A stretch of DNA of 64,000 nt from Candidatus Undinarchaeales archaeon (GTDB lineage: Archaea; SpSt-1190; JASMDC01), in NCBI GenBank assembly GCA_030753015.1, contig JASMDC010000012.1, positions 28,734-92,733 of the forward strand, read 5' to 3'. The notes beneath the pieces were generated by a model. It was not told the origin of the DNA. It saw only the letters and a list, made by a program, of their open reading frames with translations, and did no database searches. Made by a program: the position numbers and the translations under genes. Positions 18,642 to 27,600 of this stretch are shown one piece after another (positions within the stretch are counted from its first letter, which is position 1; the number at the start of each line of letters is the position of its first letter).

Positions 18642-20293
18642 CCAAGGACGTGTTCACGTTCCTCGTCGGCGGTAAGGCCGGTGAGGGCACGAAGAAGGCA
18701 GGGCTCACGGCAGGTCGCCTGTTCACAGGACGAGGGCTCCATGTGTTCTTGATGGACGATTACATGAGCCTCATCAGAGGAGGCCATAACTTCTCTGTCA
18801 TCAGCACGACCTCCAGCCCTATCTCCAGCCATTACATGGCCGCCGATCTCGTAGTAGCGCTCGACCAACGAAGTTACGACAACCATAGAGGACATCTGGC
18901 AAAGGACGGTGTGATGGTCTATAACGCCGATGTTGTCAAGGACGCGGAGGGGATCGGACTCCCGCTCACATCCCTGGCCAAGACCTTCCCCAACCCATCC
19001 TTGCGTATCGGTGTGGGTACCATCGCCGTGCTGGCAGCGGCAATCGGGATTACCGGCGACGGGCTGGAGGCATTGGTCAGGGCCGAGTATCCCCGGGATA
19101 TTGAGAACAACATAGCCTATGCTCGGGCCGTGCACGACGCGGTCCCTCAAGAGCTTCATGGCAGGTTCACACTTCCAGAAGGTGACGAGGCGCGGGCCTT
19201 TCTGACCGGGAACGAGGCCATAGCCCTGGGCGCGGTCGCTGGCGGGCTGGACCTTTATGTGGCCTATCCAATGACCCCTGCATCCTCCATCCTCCACTAC
19301 CTAGCGGCTCATGAGGAGGAACTGGGGATCACGACGATGCACGCCGAGAGCGAGCTTGCCGTCATCAACCTGGCCGTTGGTGCTGCCTCTGTAGGGGCCC
19401 GGACGATGGTAGGGACCAGCGGGGGAGGTTTCGCCCTCATGGAGGAGGGGCTCTCTTTGGCAGGGATGGCAGAGGTCCCCATGCTGACGGTACTCTCACA
19501 ACGACCGGGGCCCGCAACGGGCGTCCCCACCTATACATTACAGGGCGACCTCCTCTTCGCCCTCCACTATGGGCATGGTGAGTTCCCCCGCATTGTCGCT
19601 TCCCCGGCGACCGTGGGCGAAGCGTTCTCGGTTACAGCCGAGCTCCTCGACCTCTCGTGGCGGTTCCAGACGCCTGCAGTGCTGCTCACCGAAAAACACC
19701 TATCAGAGTCACGTATGACCACTGAGCTTGCCCTCGACGCAGCCCCCGAGGCCACAGGCATTATGCACGCCGAGGGGGAGTACGCGCGTTACCGGCTCAC
19801 TGAGGACGGCATCTCGCCATTGCTATTCCCCCCGACGACAGAGCTCGTCAAGTGGTCGAGCTACGAGCATGATGAACGGGGCGTCACCACTGAGGCCCCC
19901 AATGCTATCATGTCGATGCAGGAGAAACGCGTACGCAAGAACAAGGCCCTGGTCGCTCATATGCAGCGCATGCGGACTGTCAACGTGTACGGTGACAAGG
20001 GACCTATCATCCTCACCTATGGGTCCACCACCATGAGCGTCCTTGAAGCGCTCAGAGCGGGCGGGCTCGAGGCGATTGTGGTACAGCCCCTGTACCTCGA
20101 ACCGTTCCCATGGTGGGAGCTCAAACGGTTCGCCGATGAACGTATCGTGGTCGTGGAGCAGAGCGCAACAGGCCAGTTCGCGCGCCTCGTCAGTGAGCGC
20201 GGTGGGCTGGTCCCGCGGGCCGTCGTCACCCTCTTCGATGGAAGGCCCTTCGATCCACACGAGCTCGCTGATGAGCTGAGGGGGTGCTTGTGA
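18638..20293 (+). CDS. 2-oxoacid:ferredoxin oxidoreductase alpha subunit (gamma-alpha fusion)
   Basis: GG.AGEG, IRGGHN, GNEAIA, YPMTPAS, TSGGGF, QRPGPATG.PT. Confidence 0.95.
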   Translation: MTKDVFTFLVGGKAGEGTKKAGLTAGRLFTGRGLHVFLMDDYMSLIRGGHNFSVISTTSSPISSHYMAADLVVALDQRSYDNHRGHLAKDGVMVYNADVVKDAEGIGLPLTSLAKTFPNPSLRIGVGTIAVLAAAIGITGDGLEALVRAEYPRDIENNIAYARAVHDAVPQELHGRFTLPEGDEARAFLTGNEAIALGAVAGGLDLYVAYPMTPASSILHYLAAHEEELGITTMHAESELAVINLAVGAASVGARTMVGTSGGGFALMEEGLSLAGMAEVPMLTVLSQRPGPATGVPTYTLQGDLLFALHYGHGEFPRIVASPATVGEAFSVTAELLDLSWRFQTPAVLLTEKHLSESRMTTELALDAAPEATGIMHAEGEYARYRLTEDGISPLLFPPTTELVKWSSYEHDERGVTTEAPNAIMSMQEKRVRKNKALVAHMQRMRTVNVYGDKGPIILTYGSTTMSVLEALRAGGLEAIVVQPLYLEPFPWWELKRFADERIVVVEQSATGQFARLVSERGGLVPRAVVTLFDGRPFDPHELADELRGCL

Positions 20294-21141
20294 TGGATGA
20301 TCTCGGTACTGGGGCGGAGAACACATGGTGCCCCGGATGTGCCAATTTCGGCATCCTCAACGCTACCAAGAAGGCCGTCAAGAAGCTCGAAGAGCGCGGG
20401 GTTGGACGTGACCGACTCCTCATGTCCGCAGGCATCGGCTGCCACGCCAAGATGTTCGACTACTTGGCGCTCTCGGGCCTCTATTCCCTCCATGGTCGCT
20501 CCATCGCCACCGCGCAGGGCATGAAGCTGGCGAATCCCGACCTGAAGGTCATCACGTTCGTCGGGGACGGCGACTCCCTCGGAGAGGGGCTGGCCCACCT
20601 GATGTTCGCCGCGAAGAGGAACGCGGACATCACCGTCATCCTGCATGACAATGGTGTGTACGCATTGACCACCGGGCAGTTCAGTCCCTTGGCATGCAAG
20701 GGCTTCAAAGGGCCCTCAACCCCACGCGGGAGCATCGAGGAGCCCTTCAATCCACTGACCCTCATGTTGGAGGCCGGTGCCACCTTCGTGGCCCGGGGAT
20801 TCCCTGGGCGACAGGACCATCTGGTCGACCTCATGGTGGCGGCAGTGGAGCACGAGGGCTTCGCGGTCATCGATGTGCTCCAGTCGAGCATCACTTTCCA
20901 TGACACCTTCAAGGAGCACAACGGCCTCGTCGATGAGCTCGACCATATCCCTGATACGATCGATGATGCCCGGGTGCTCGCGGTCCGACGAGACCGACTT
21001 CCCATAGGGATCATCTACAAGGTTCAGCGGCCTGTGTACCACACGGAATTGTATGGCGATGCGAATCCCGTGGCACGGCGAAAGCCAAGGGGAGAACGTC
21101 TTGCGGCGATCAGGACGCTGATCACCCCACGAAAGAAATAA
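20293..21141 (+). CDS. 2-oxoacid:ferredoxin oxidoreductase beta subunit (TPP-binding)
   Basis: WCPGC, GIGCH, LHGR, GDGD...[11 protein letters not shown]; LQSSITF where LQPCVTF is usual. Confidence 0.93.
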   Translation: MDDLGTGAENTWCPGCANFGILNATKKAVKKLEERGVGRDRLLMSAGIGCHAKMFDYLALSGLYSLHGRSIATAQGMKLANPDLKVITFVGDGDSLGEGLAHLMFAAKRNADITVILHDNGVYALTTGQFSPLACKGFKGPSTPRGSIEEPFNPLTLMLEAGATFVARGFPGRQDHLVDLMVAAVEHEGFAVIDVLQSSITFHDTFKEHNGLVDELDHIPDTIDDARVLAVRRDRLPIGIIYKVQRPVYHTELYGDANPVARRKPRGERLAAIRTLITPRKK

Positions 21142-21166
21142 AGAACTCAAAGGAGATGAAAGGGCA

Positions 21167-21325
21167 ATGCAGAAGTTCCAATGTACAGTGTGCAACTATG
21201 TCTACGACCCCGAGCAGGGCGATCTGGAGAACGACGTGGAACCGGGAACGGTCTTCGAGGACCTTCCCAACGACTGGGTTTGCCCCGTGTGCGGTGTGGA
21301 TAAGGACCAGTTCGAGCCGGTATAG
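21167..21325 (+). CDS. Rubredoxin (52 aa; below the ORF-track cutoff)
   Basis: Manual translation: [52 protein letters not shown]; AGGAG upstream. Confidence 0.97.
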   Translation: MQKFQCTVCNYVYDPEQGDLENDVEPGTVFEDLPNDWVCPVCGVDKDQFEPV

Positions 21326-21348
21326 GCTACGATCGAAGGTGCGTTTCC

Positions 21349-21594
21349 ATGACCCACGATGAAATAACTCCTGCCAAGGAGCTGGATTGTGTGGGCCTCT
21401 ACTGCCCCATACCAATCGCCCAGACCAAGGAGGCCATAGAGACCGTCAAGGTGGGCGAGGTGCTGATGGTGGAGGCCGACGATCCCGCCGCCGAGGAGGA
21501 CATCAAGGCCTGGGCGAAGCATACCGGGCACGAGCTGATGAAAATCGAGCGTGCAGGTTCGATCATGACCTTCTACATCAAGCGTACGAAGTGA
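21349..21594 (+). CDS. tusA: TusA/SirA-family sulfur carrier
   Basis: LDCVGLYCPIP, DDPAAEEDI.AW. Confidence 0.9.
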   Translation: MTHDEITPAKELDCVGLYCPIPIAQTKEAIETVKVGEVLMVEADDPAAEEDIKAWAKHTGHELMKIERAGSIMTFYIKRTK

Positions 21595-21649
21595 TCAGAG
21601 GACACTGCTCACGCTAGGACCGTAGGATGCGCCGGGAGGGGTGTCTTGC

Positions 21650-22120
21650 CTACTCCCCGTCCCATGTCATAACGCGCTCGTAGTGGTTGTAGTACCCGTT
21701 GTGGGTATCCTCGATCTCTATGAGCTCTGCCTTGACCTTGTGCTCCTTGATGACGCCCCTTGTGGCGAAGAACGCCTTTGTGGACTCGATGGGGTGGAGG
21801 ATGGAGCCGAAGTGCGTCTTGTCCGGAGTACCGTAACCCATGTCCTTGATGGCCACGATGCACTCCTCCAGAGCGTCCTTGTCTCCGCTGAACTGAACGC
21901 GAGCACCCTCGGTGAAGGTACGGAGGTTGTAGACGCCGCCGTGGTCGCCATAGTGCTCCAGTGATGCGTTCCACTCGGGGTGGTCCGAGAAGAGCCCCGC
22001 AACGTCGGCCTCGAAGGTGTCCTCGGGCCGCTTGTCGTACACGGTGTTGTAGTCGTACAGACCGACCATGGTGTACCCGCGGTCATGCTCCCTCTCGATG
22101 TAGTCGAACTCGATATCCAT
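21650..22120 (-). CDS. Hypothetical protein
   Basis: Strongly host-like codon usage from ATG 22120 (MDIEFDY...); TTTATA about 35 nt upstream. Confidence 0.75.
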   Translation of the reverse strand: MDIEFDYIEREHDRGYTMVGLYDYNTVYDKRPEDTFEADVAGLFSDHPEWNASLEHYGDHGGVYNLRTFTEGARVQFSGDKDALEECIVAIKDMGYGTPDKTHFGSILHPIESTKAFFATRGVIKEHKVKAELIEIEDTHNGYYNHYERVMTWDGE

Positions 22121-22322
22121 GATTATTACCGAGCGGGCTTGCCTGTTACGGAGTATAAATAGGTTTCGTATATATTTTCTAGAGACGGCCAATATCCCGG
22201 GTGACAGGGCGCGGACCTCCATGGATGGATTTTTCGTGCTAAGATCATTGAATCATCCGAAGAATCCTTGGTGAGCGGCATGATTAGGTTTATAATTCTT
22301 GTACAAGGGATGACTGACAGAG

Positions 22323-22565
22323 GTGGGATCCATCGACGAGTACGAGCTCCTCAAGCGGATGCATAACTACGGAGTGGTCAGCAGGCACAATGCCAAGACG
22401 GTGCAGGAGCTCGTCGGCATGATGAACATCGACGAGGGGGAGATCAAGGGACACCTCGAACGCCTTATCGAATTCAGCTATGTCCATACAATCACCTCTG
22501 ATGACGTGGCCCGGTATTACGTGACGGGTCCGGGCATCATCACGGTGTGTTCATTCTTTACCTGA
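22323..22565 (+). CDS. Small winged-helix protein
   Basis: TVQEL...I...L..L....YV......YYVT..G wHTH pattern; TTTATAA upstream; leads the GT4 operon. Confidence 0.7.
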   Translation: MGSIDEYELLKRMHNYGVVSRHNAKTVQELVGMMNIDEGEIKGHLERLIEFSYVHTITSDDVARYYVTGPGIITVCSFFT

Positions 22566-22578
22566 GGGCGGAGAGACC

Positions 22579-23214
22579 ATGCAGACGAACATCGAACGTG
22601 CGCTCGTGCTCACCTGGGAGTACCCTCCCCGAGTCGTCGGTTCCATCGCCCCACATTGCGAATCGCTGGCCCGGGGCCTGGCCAGGAAGAAGGTGGCCGT
22701 TGACGTGGTGACCTTCGATCACTGGGCAGAGGGTATCACCAAGGGAACGGGTAAGGACCGGGGTATCACAGTCCATCGCGCAGCCAATCCCATCTCACCA
22801 TGTACAAGTACGCTCACATGGGCGCTCACCGCGGGCGTCGAGCTCGAACGGCTCGCAGCCGACGTGATCCACGCCGCCAAAGGCAAGGCGGACGTGATCC
22901 ACGCACATGACTGGGCGGCCATCCCCGCTGCCGTGGCTCTACGCCACGAGTTCGAGATTCCGATGGTGCTCACGCTTCATTCCACAGAGACTCACCGCAG
23001 CGGGAAGGTGTTCACCCCCTACCTCGACGCGATCCGTAAGATCGAGTGGCAGGGGACCTTCGAGGCCGAGGCGGTCATCGTCGACACCGAGCAGATGCGC
23101 GAGGACGTGGTCGAGGAGTACCAGATACCCGAGCGGAAAGTGCACGTCGTCGAACCGGGGAAGCGCGGTTGGATCAATGCCCTACTGAAGCAGTACCGGG
23201 AGGCCATGCCATGA
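22579..23214 (+). CDS. Glycosyltransferase family 4 N-terminal-domain-only protein
   Basis: WEYPPRVVG, DVIHAHDW, TLHSTE; no EPFG donor-binding domain. Confidence 0.85.
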   Translation: MQTNIERALVLTWEYPPRVVGSIAPHCESLARGLARKKVAVDVVTFDHWAEGITKGTGKDRGITVHRAANPISPCTSTLTWALTAGVELERLAADVIHAAKGKADVIHAHDWAAIPAAVALRHEFEIPMVLTLHSTETHRSGKVFTPYLDAIRKIEWQGTFEAEAVIVDTEQMREDVVEEYQIPERKVHVVEPGKRGWINALLKQYREAMP

Positions 23215-24491
23215 GCCCCGCGAAGAAGGCCGCGCCCAAGCAGCGGAAGACGGCGAAGAAGCGGGACCGGCCTCTTACCGTGCTCCATCTCTGCTGGGAG
23301 TACCCTCCCCGGAGCGTTGGCGGGCTCGCTGCCCACGTGCACGACCTTTCGCGCGCGCTGGTGAAGAAGGATATCGAGGTCCACGTGGTGACCTGCGGAT
23401 TCCCCGGGACCAAGGACTACGAGCACTACGAGAACGTCCATGTCCACAGGTTCGATGCTTACACCATCCCGTCCGAGGACTTCCTCGGATGGGCGCTACA
23501 GATGAACCTATACAAGCGCATGAAGGCCGCTGACGTCATCCAGAACCTCGACGGTGAAGTGGACATCATCCACGCACATGACTGGCTCTCCGGACCGGCG
23601 GCCATCGCGCTGAAGAACGCCTTCCGCATCCCGCTCGTCTCGACTATCCACGCCACCGAACATGGCCGGCGGCAGGGCATCCACGATCCCTTCCAGCAGA
23701 TGATCCATGATATCGAAGGCTGGCTCTCCTATAACTCCTGGCGCGTCATCGTATGCTCGAAGTACATGGAGACCGAGGTGTCAAACGTCTTCGGTCAGCC
23801 ACGTGATAAGCTTGACATAATCCCCAACGGCGTGGACTACAAGAAGTTCGATCTTGAGTTCGACGCCAACGCGATCAAGTCCCAGTTCGCCATGCCCCAT
23901 GAGCGTATCGTGCTCTATGTAGGACGCATGGTGCACGAGAAGGGCCTTGGCGTGCTCGTCGGGTCAATCCCCCGTGTCCTTGAATCCTGCCCGGATGCGA
24001 AATTCGTGCTGGTGGGCAGCGGTTACATGAAGAGCAAGGTCAAACAGCTCGCCTGGGACATCGGTGTGGGCGATAAGACCCTCATCCCCGGGTATCTGGA
24101 CGAGGAGGTCCTTCTGGGCCTGTACAACGTAGCTGACGTGGCGGTGTTCCCGTCACTGTACGAACCATTCGGCATCGTGGCCCTGGAGGGGATGGCGGCC
24201 CGGACCCCTACCGTGGTCACCGACACTGGCGGGCTCGGAGAGATAGTCGATCATGACGAGACGGGTGTGAAGGTCTGGGTTAACAACTCGGAGTCTCTGG
24301 CCTGGGGCATCTCTCACGTGCTCAAAGATCCAGCACTCTCCAAGAAGCTTGGCAAGCAAGGGCGTCACAAGGTGGAGAAGGTCTACAACTGGGAGGTCAT
24401 CGCCGACCAGACCATCGACGTGTACCGCCGGGTGTTGGCGGAATACAAGAAGGGTGACTGGCAGCCCGGGTTCAAACCGGGCATACGGTGA
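23211..24491 (+). CDS. Glycosyltransferase family 4 (glycogen-synthase-like subgroup)
   Basis: WEYPPRSVGGL, HAHDW, IPNG, VGRMVHEKG, PSLYEPFGIVALEGMA; ATG 23211 overlaps the upstream stop. Confidence 0.95.
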   Translation: MSPAKKAAPKQRKTAKKRDRPLTVLHLCWEYPPRSVGGLAAHVHDLSRALVKKDIEVHVVTCGFPGTKDYEHYENVHVHRFDAYTIPSEDFLGWALQMNLYKRMKAADVIQNLDGEVDIIHAHDWLSGPAAIALKNAFRIPLVSTIHATEHGRRQGIHDPFQQMIHDIEGWLSYNSWRVIVCSKYMETEVSNVFGQPRDKLDIIPNGVDYKKFDLEFDANAIKSQFAMPHERIVLYVGRMVHEKGLGVLVGSIPRVLESCPDAKFVLVGSGYMKSKVKQLAWDIGVGDKTLIPGYLDEEVLLGLYNVADVAVFPSLYEPFGIVALEGMAARTPTVVTDTGGLGEIVDHDETGVKVWVNNSESLAWGISHVLKDPALSKKLGKQGRHKVEKVYNWEVIADQTIDVYRRVLAEYKKGDWQPGFKPGIR

Positions 24492-24573
24492 AGGCTCTCA
24501 CTCGAGCCTAACTCATATCCGTGTCCAGTAGTAATGACACTGACAGCCTATGAGCTGCATAATGGAAAGAAGT

Positions 24574-24595
24574 GGGGGCGTCCGAAGACGCCCCC
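24574..24595 (-). terminator. Hairpin with C(UUCG)G tetraloop just 3' of the giant CWB2 gene
   Basis: Minus strand GGGGGCGTC-TTCG-GACGCCCCC followed by ACTTCTTTCC. Confidence 0.75.
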
Positions 24596-24613
24596 GATAT
24601 TCTCTCAACTACC

Positions 24614-27600
24614 CTAGACCTTGCCACCGGAGCCGCACGTGTAGTCGTCGGGGAAACAACTGTGAGGGGCAGAGTCGCCCTCGCACCATTGGCATTCGGC
24701 CAGCTCCCCGCACGTGGCATCCGTGATGGCATCGTAGCAATCGGGGTGGTCGTCGCCACCCGTCGGATCTCCACCCGAGGTCATATCGCACCAGGGCGGA
24801 TCGGTCATACCGGGTCCGGGGCTGATGCAGTTGGCGGGTGCGTTGGGGTCCACCCACTCGTCCGGAAGGTCTTGGTACTTGTCCGGGCACGGCTGGTCGA
24901 GGTCGACGCGGCATGCGTCCATATCATCTGGGGACTGGCAGCACTTGTAGCCGCTCGGGCCGCCGTCAGTACTACCGCCGTCAGTACCATCGTCCTCGGG
25001 CTTGCAGATGTTCGACTCATACTCACAGTACTCGCCGCCGGTGCATCCGCAGTCCTTGCAGCAGTTGCCGGAATTCTCCTCACCGTTGCACTCATTGTCA
25101 CCGCAGAAGCCACCCTGGCTCCCACCGTCCTCGGGCTTGCAGATGTTCGATCCAGTATCGCAGAACTCACCGCCGGTGCATCCGCAGTCCTTGCAGCAGT
25201 TGCCTGTACTCTCCTCACCGTTGCACATACCATCACCGCAGTATGCTTCGATCCCGCCGCTGCTACCGCCGCTGCTACCGTCGCTGTTGGACTGCCAGTA
25301 GTTCTCAGACATCTCGTTGAACCGCTGTTCGAGGTCCCGCTGGAGCCTGTCCCAACCGCGGCCGTCGGACTCGAGCGCCTTCACGCGCATCTCCTCGTAG
25401 TACAGCTCGAGCTGCTTGAGTTGGGCCTGGTCGTGGTACTGTACGTCCTCGCGCATCTGGCGGAGGTCCCGGGACTTCCACAGGAGCCACTGCATCCGCC
25501 AGAATTGGAACCGGTAGCCCTCCCAATCGCGCTCGAAGCGTTCCATCACGCGACCGGCGTCGTAGGTGCCGTCGAGCTCGCCGCGGAACTCCTCGGCGCG
25601 AGCCTTCATATCGAGAAGGATGCGGTTAAGCTCCTCGGTACCGGGTACGTTCTCGTACTCCATACGATCGACCTCGTCCTCGAAACCCTGGAGCTCGTTC
25701 GTGAGACCGCTGAGGCGCTCGAGCATCCACAGGCTCTGTTGGAACTGCTCTAACTCACGCTGGAACGGCTCGAAGTGGCGCCAGATGTCCCTGACACCGG
25801 CCAAATCGCTCCCCATGGAGGCCAGCTTGTTCTGAAGTTCGCGGAACTGGGACTTTGCTCTGCTCACGTCCACACCGTCGTACTCCATGCGCTCGATCTG
25901 ATCCTCGATTTCCTCGAAGCGGCGCTGGAACTCTTGTGTGATCCGCTGGCCCTCGAGCTGCTGGAACACGGAGTTCTGGAACTCATCGACGCGGCGGTTG
26001 AACGTTTCCTGCTCACGCCAGATGCGGTCCATCTGCTCAGTGGTCCTCAGCTTCTCCTTGAACTCGTCCAGCTCGTACCAGAGGCTCTTGAGCCCACGGC
26101 GAGCATCGGCCGTATCGATACCATCGTACTCCATGTCCTCGAGGCGCTGTTCCATTTCCCTGAACCTGCGCTCGAACTCGCGGGGGATGGTGGCGATGGC
26201 GCGGCGCTGTTCGAGGGCGTTGATCTTGCGCTCGAACTCGTGGATGATCCTGTCCCACCTGCCGCCCTCCATCTCTTGGATCTCGCGCACCACGCGCCGC
26301 AGCTCGGCCCGAAGGTCGGCGAGCTCCTCGTAGAGGTCGTCGACGCGGATGCCGTTGTACTCATCGTCACGGAGCTGGTCCTCCATCTGACGCAGGCGAT
26401 CCTCGAGGCCGCCCAGCCATCGGCGGGACTCGAACTCGCGCTCGATTCGCTCGATGTCACGGTGGAACCGCTCGAGAGCGCGGCCGAGCCGGTGGCTCTG
26501 TATGCCCGAGCTGCGCATCTCTTCTATGCCCTCGCGGATGTCGTTGATGGCGGAGCGGTACGGCTTGGTGTCGACACCGTCATACTCGGCCTCATCGAGG
26601 CGCTGTTCGATATTGCTGAGCCTGTTCTCGATATCGATGAAAGCACCGCTCATCTCGATCTGTTCCCGTAGGTGCCAGAGCTTCTCGAACATCCGCTCAG
26701 CACGCCGGAAGTCGCCCTGCTTGGCCAGACCCTCGATAGTGCGGAGCACCTCTTCGTATTCCCTTCTGAGGTCCTCTACGAAGTCGGGGACCTTGAAACC
26801 ACTGTAGCTGGCGTCCTCGATGCGCCTGTCGATATCCTCAAGGAACCGATAGGCGTCCTCGATCTGATCGTTGAAGTGGCGCCATTGCATGAACGACTCG
26901 AACTCGCGGTGGAGCCGTTCCATCCTGTGATGGCACTTGCCCATGATGCGCTGGAACTCGTGCGGATTACGCACATTGCGCATCTCGTCCATCGCGTTGT
27001 CGAAGCAGAGGGCGACGTCCTTGAGCTTGGTCTCCATCTCGGAGACGTCGAAGCCCTCGTAGGCCATCTTGTCGAGCTCCTCGAACATGCGGTACAGGTT
27101 CTCATCGATCATGGTACGCTCGTAGAAGAAGTGCACAAGGGGCATCTTCTCCATAGCGTTGCGGAAGATCTTCTCGGCCGCCCTGGTTTGACCATTCATG
27201 GCTAGCTTGATGGCCTTGTCGATACCTTCTTCGATCTCGTCCAGAAGGGCGTTCAGGCGCGCACCGACATCGCCCGGAAGCTCTTCAGCGCGGAAGCGCA
27301 TCTCCTCGATCTCATACAGGATGTGCTCCTGCTCACGCAGGAAGTCGAAGTACATCCGCGTCTCGTCAAGAGCACGGTGGAGGCCGCCGAAGCGCTTCTC
27401 GATCTTGCCCAGGAGCTTACCGGCCGACTTGAACTTGCCGGCCTCGATGTCGTCCTGTACCTCCACGATCAAGTCCTCGATCTCGTTGAAGATGGACAGA
27501 GCGGGGCCTATGTCGACACCGTTGGCCACCATCTCCTCGACCTCCCAGGAGACGTCCTGATAGTGACGGAGGATGCCCTCCAGATGGCCGCGGATATGGA

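Noticed and set aside
21156-21362. 68-aa ORF in the track
   Set aside because: Wrong frame; the real gene is the rubredoxin at 21167-21325.
10545-21650. Redox island as a tRNA-integrated mobile element
   Set aside because: No integrase, no duplicated tRNA 3' end seen, and the housekeeping ZPR1 gene lies between the tRNA and the island.
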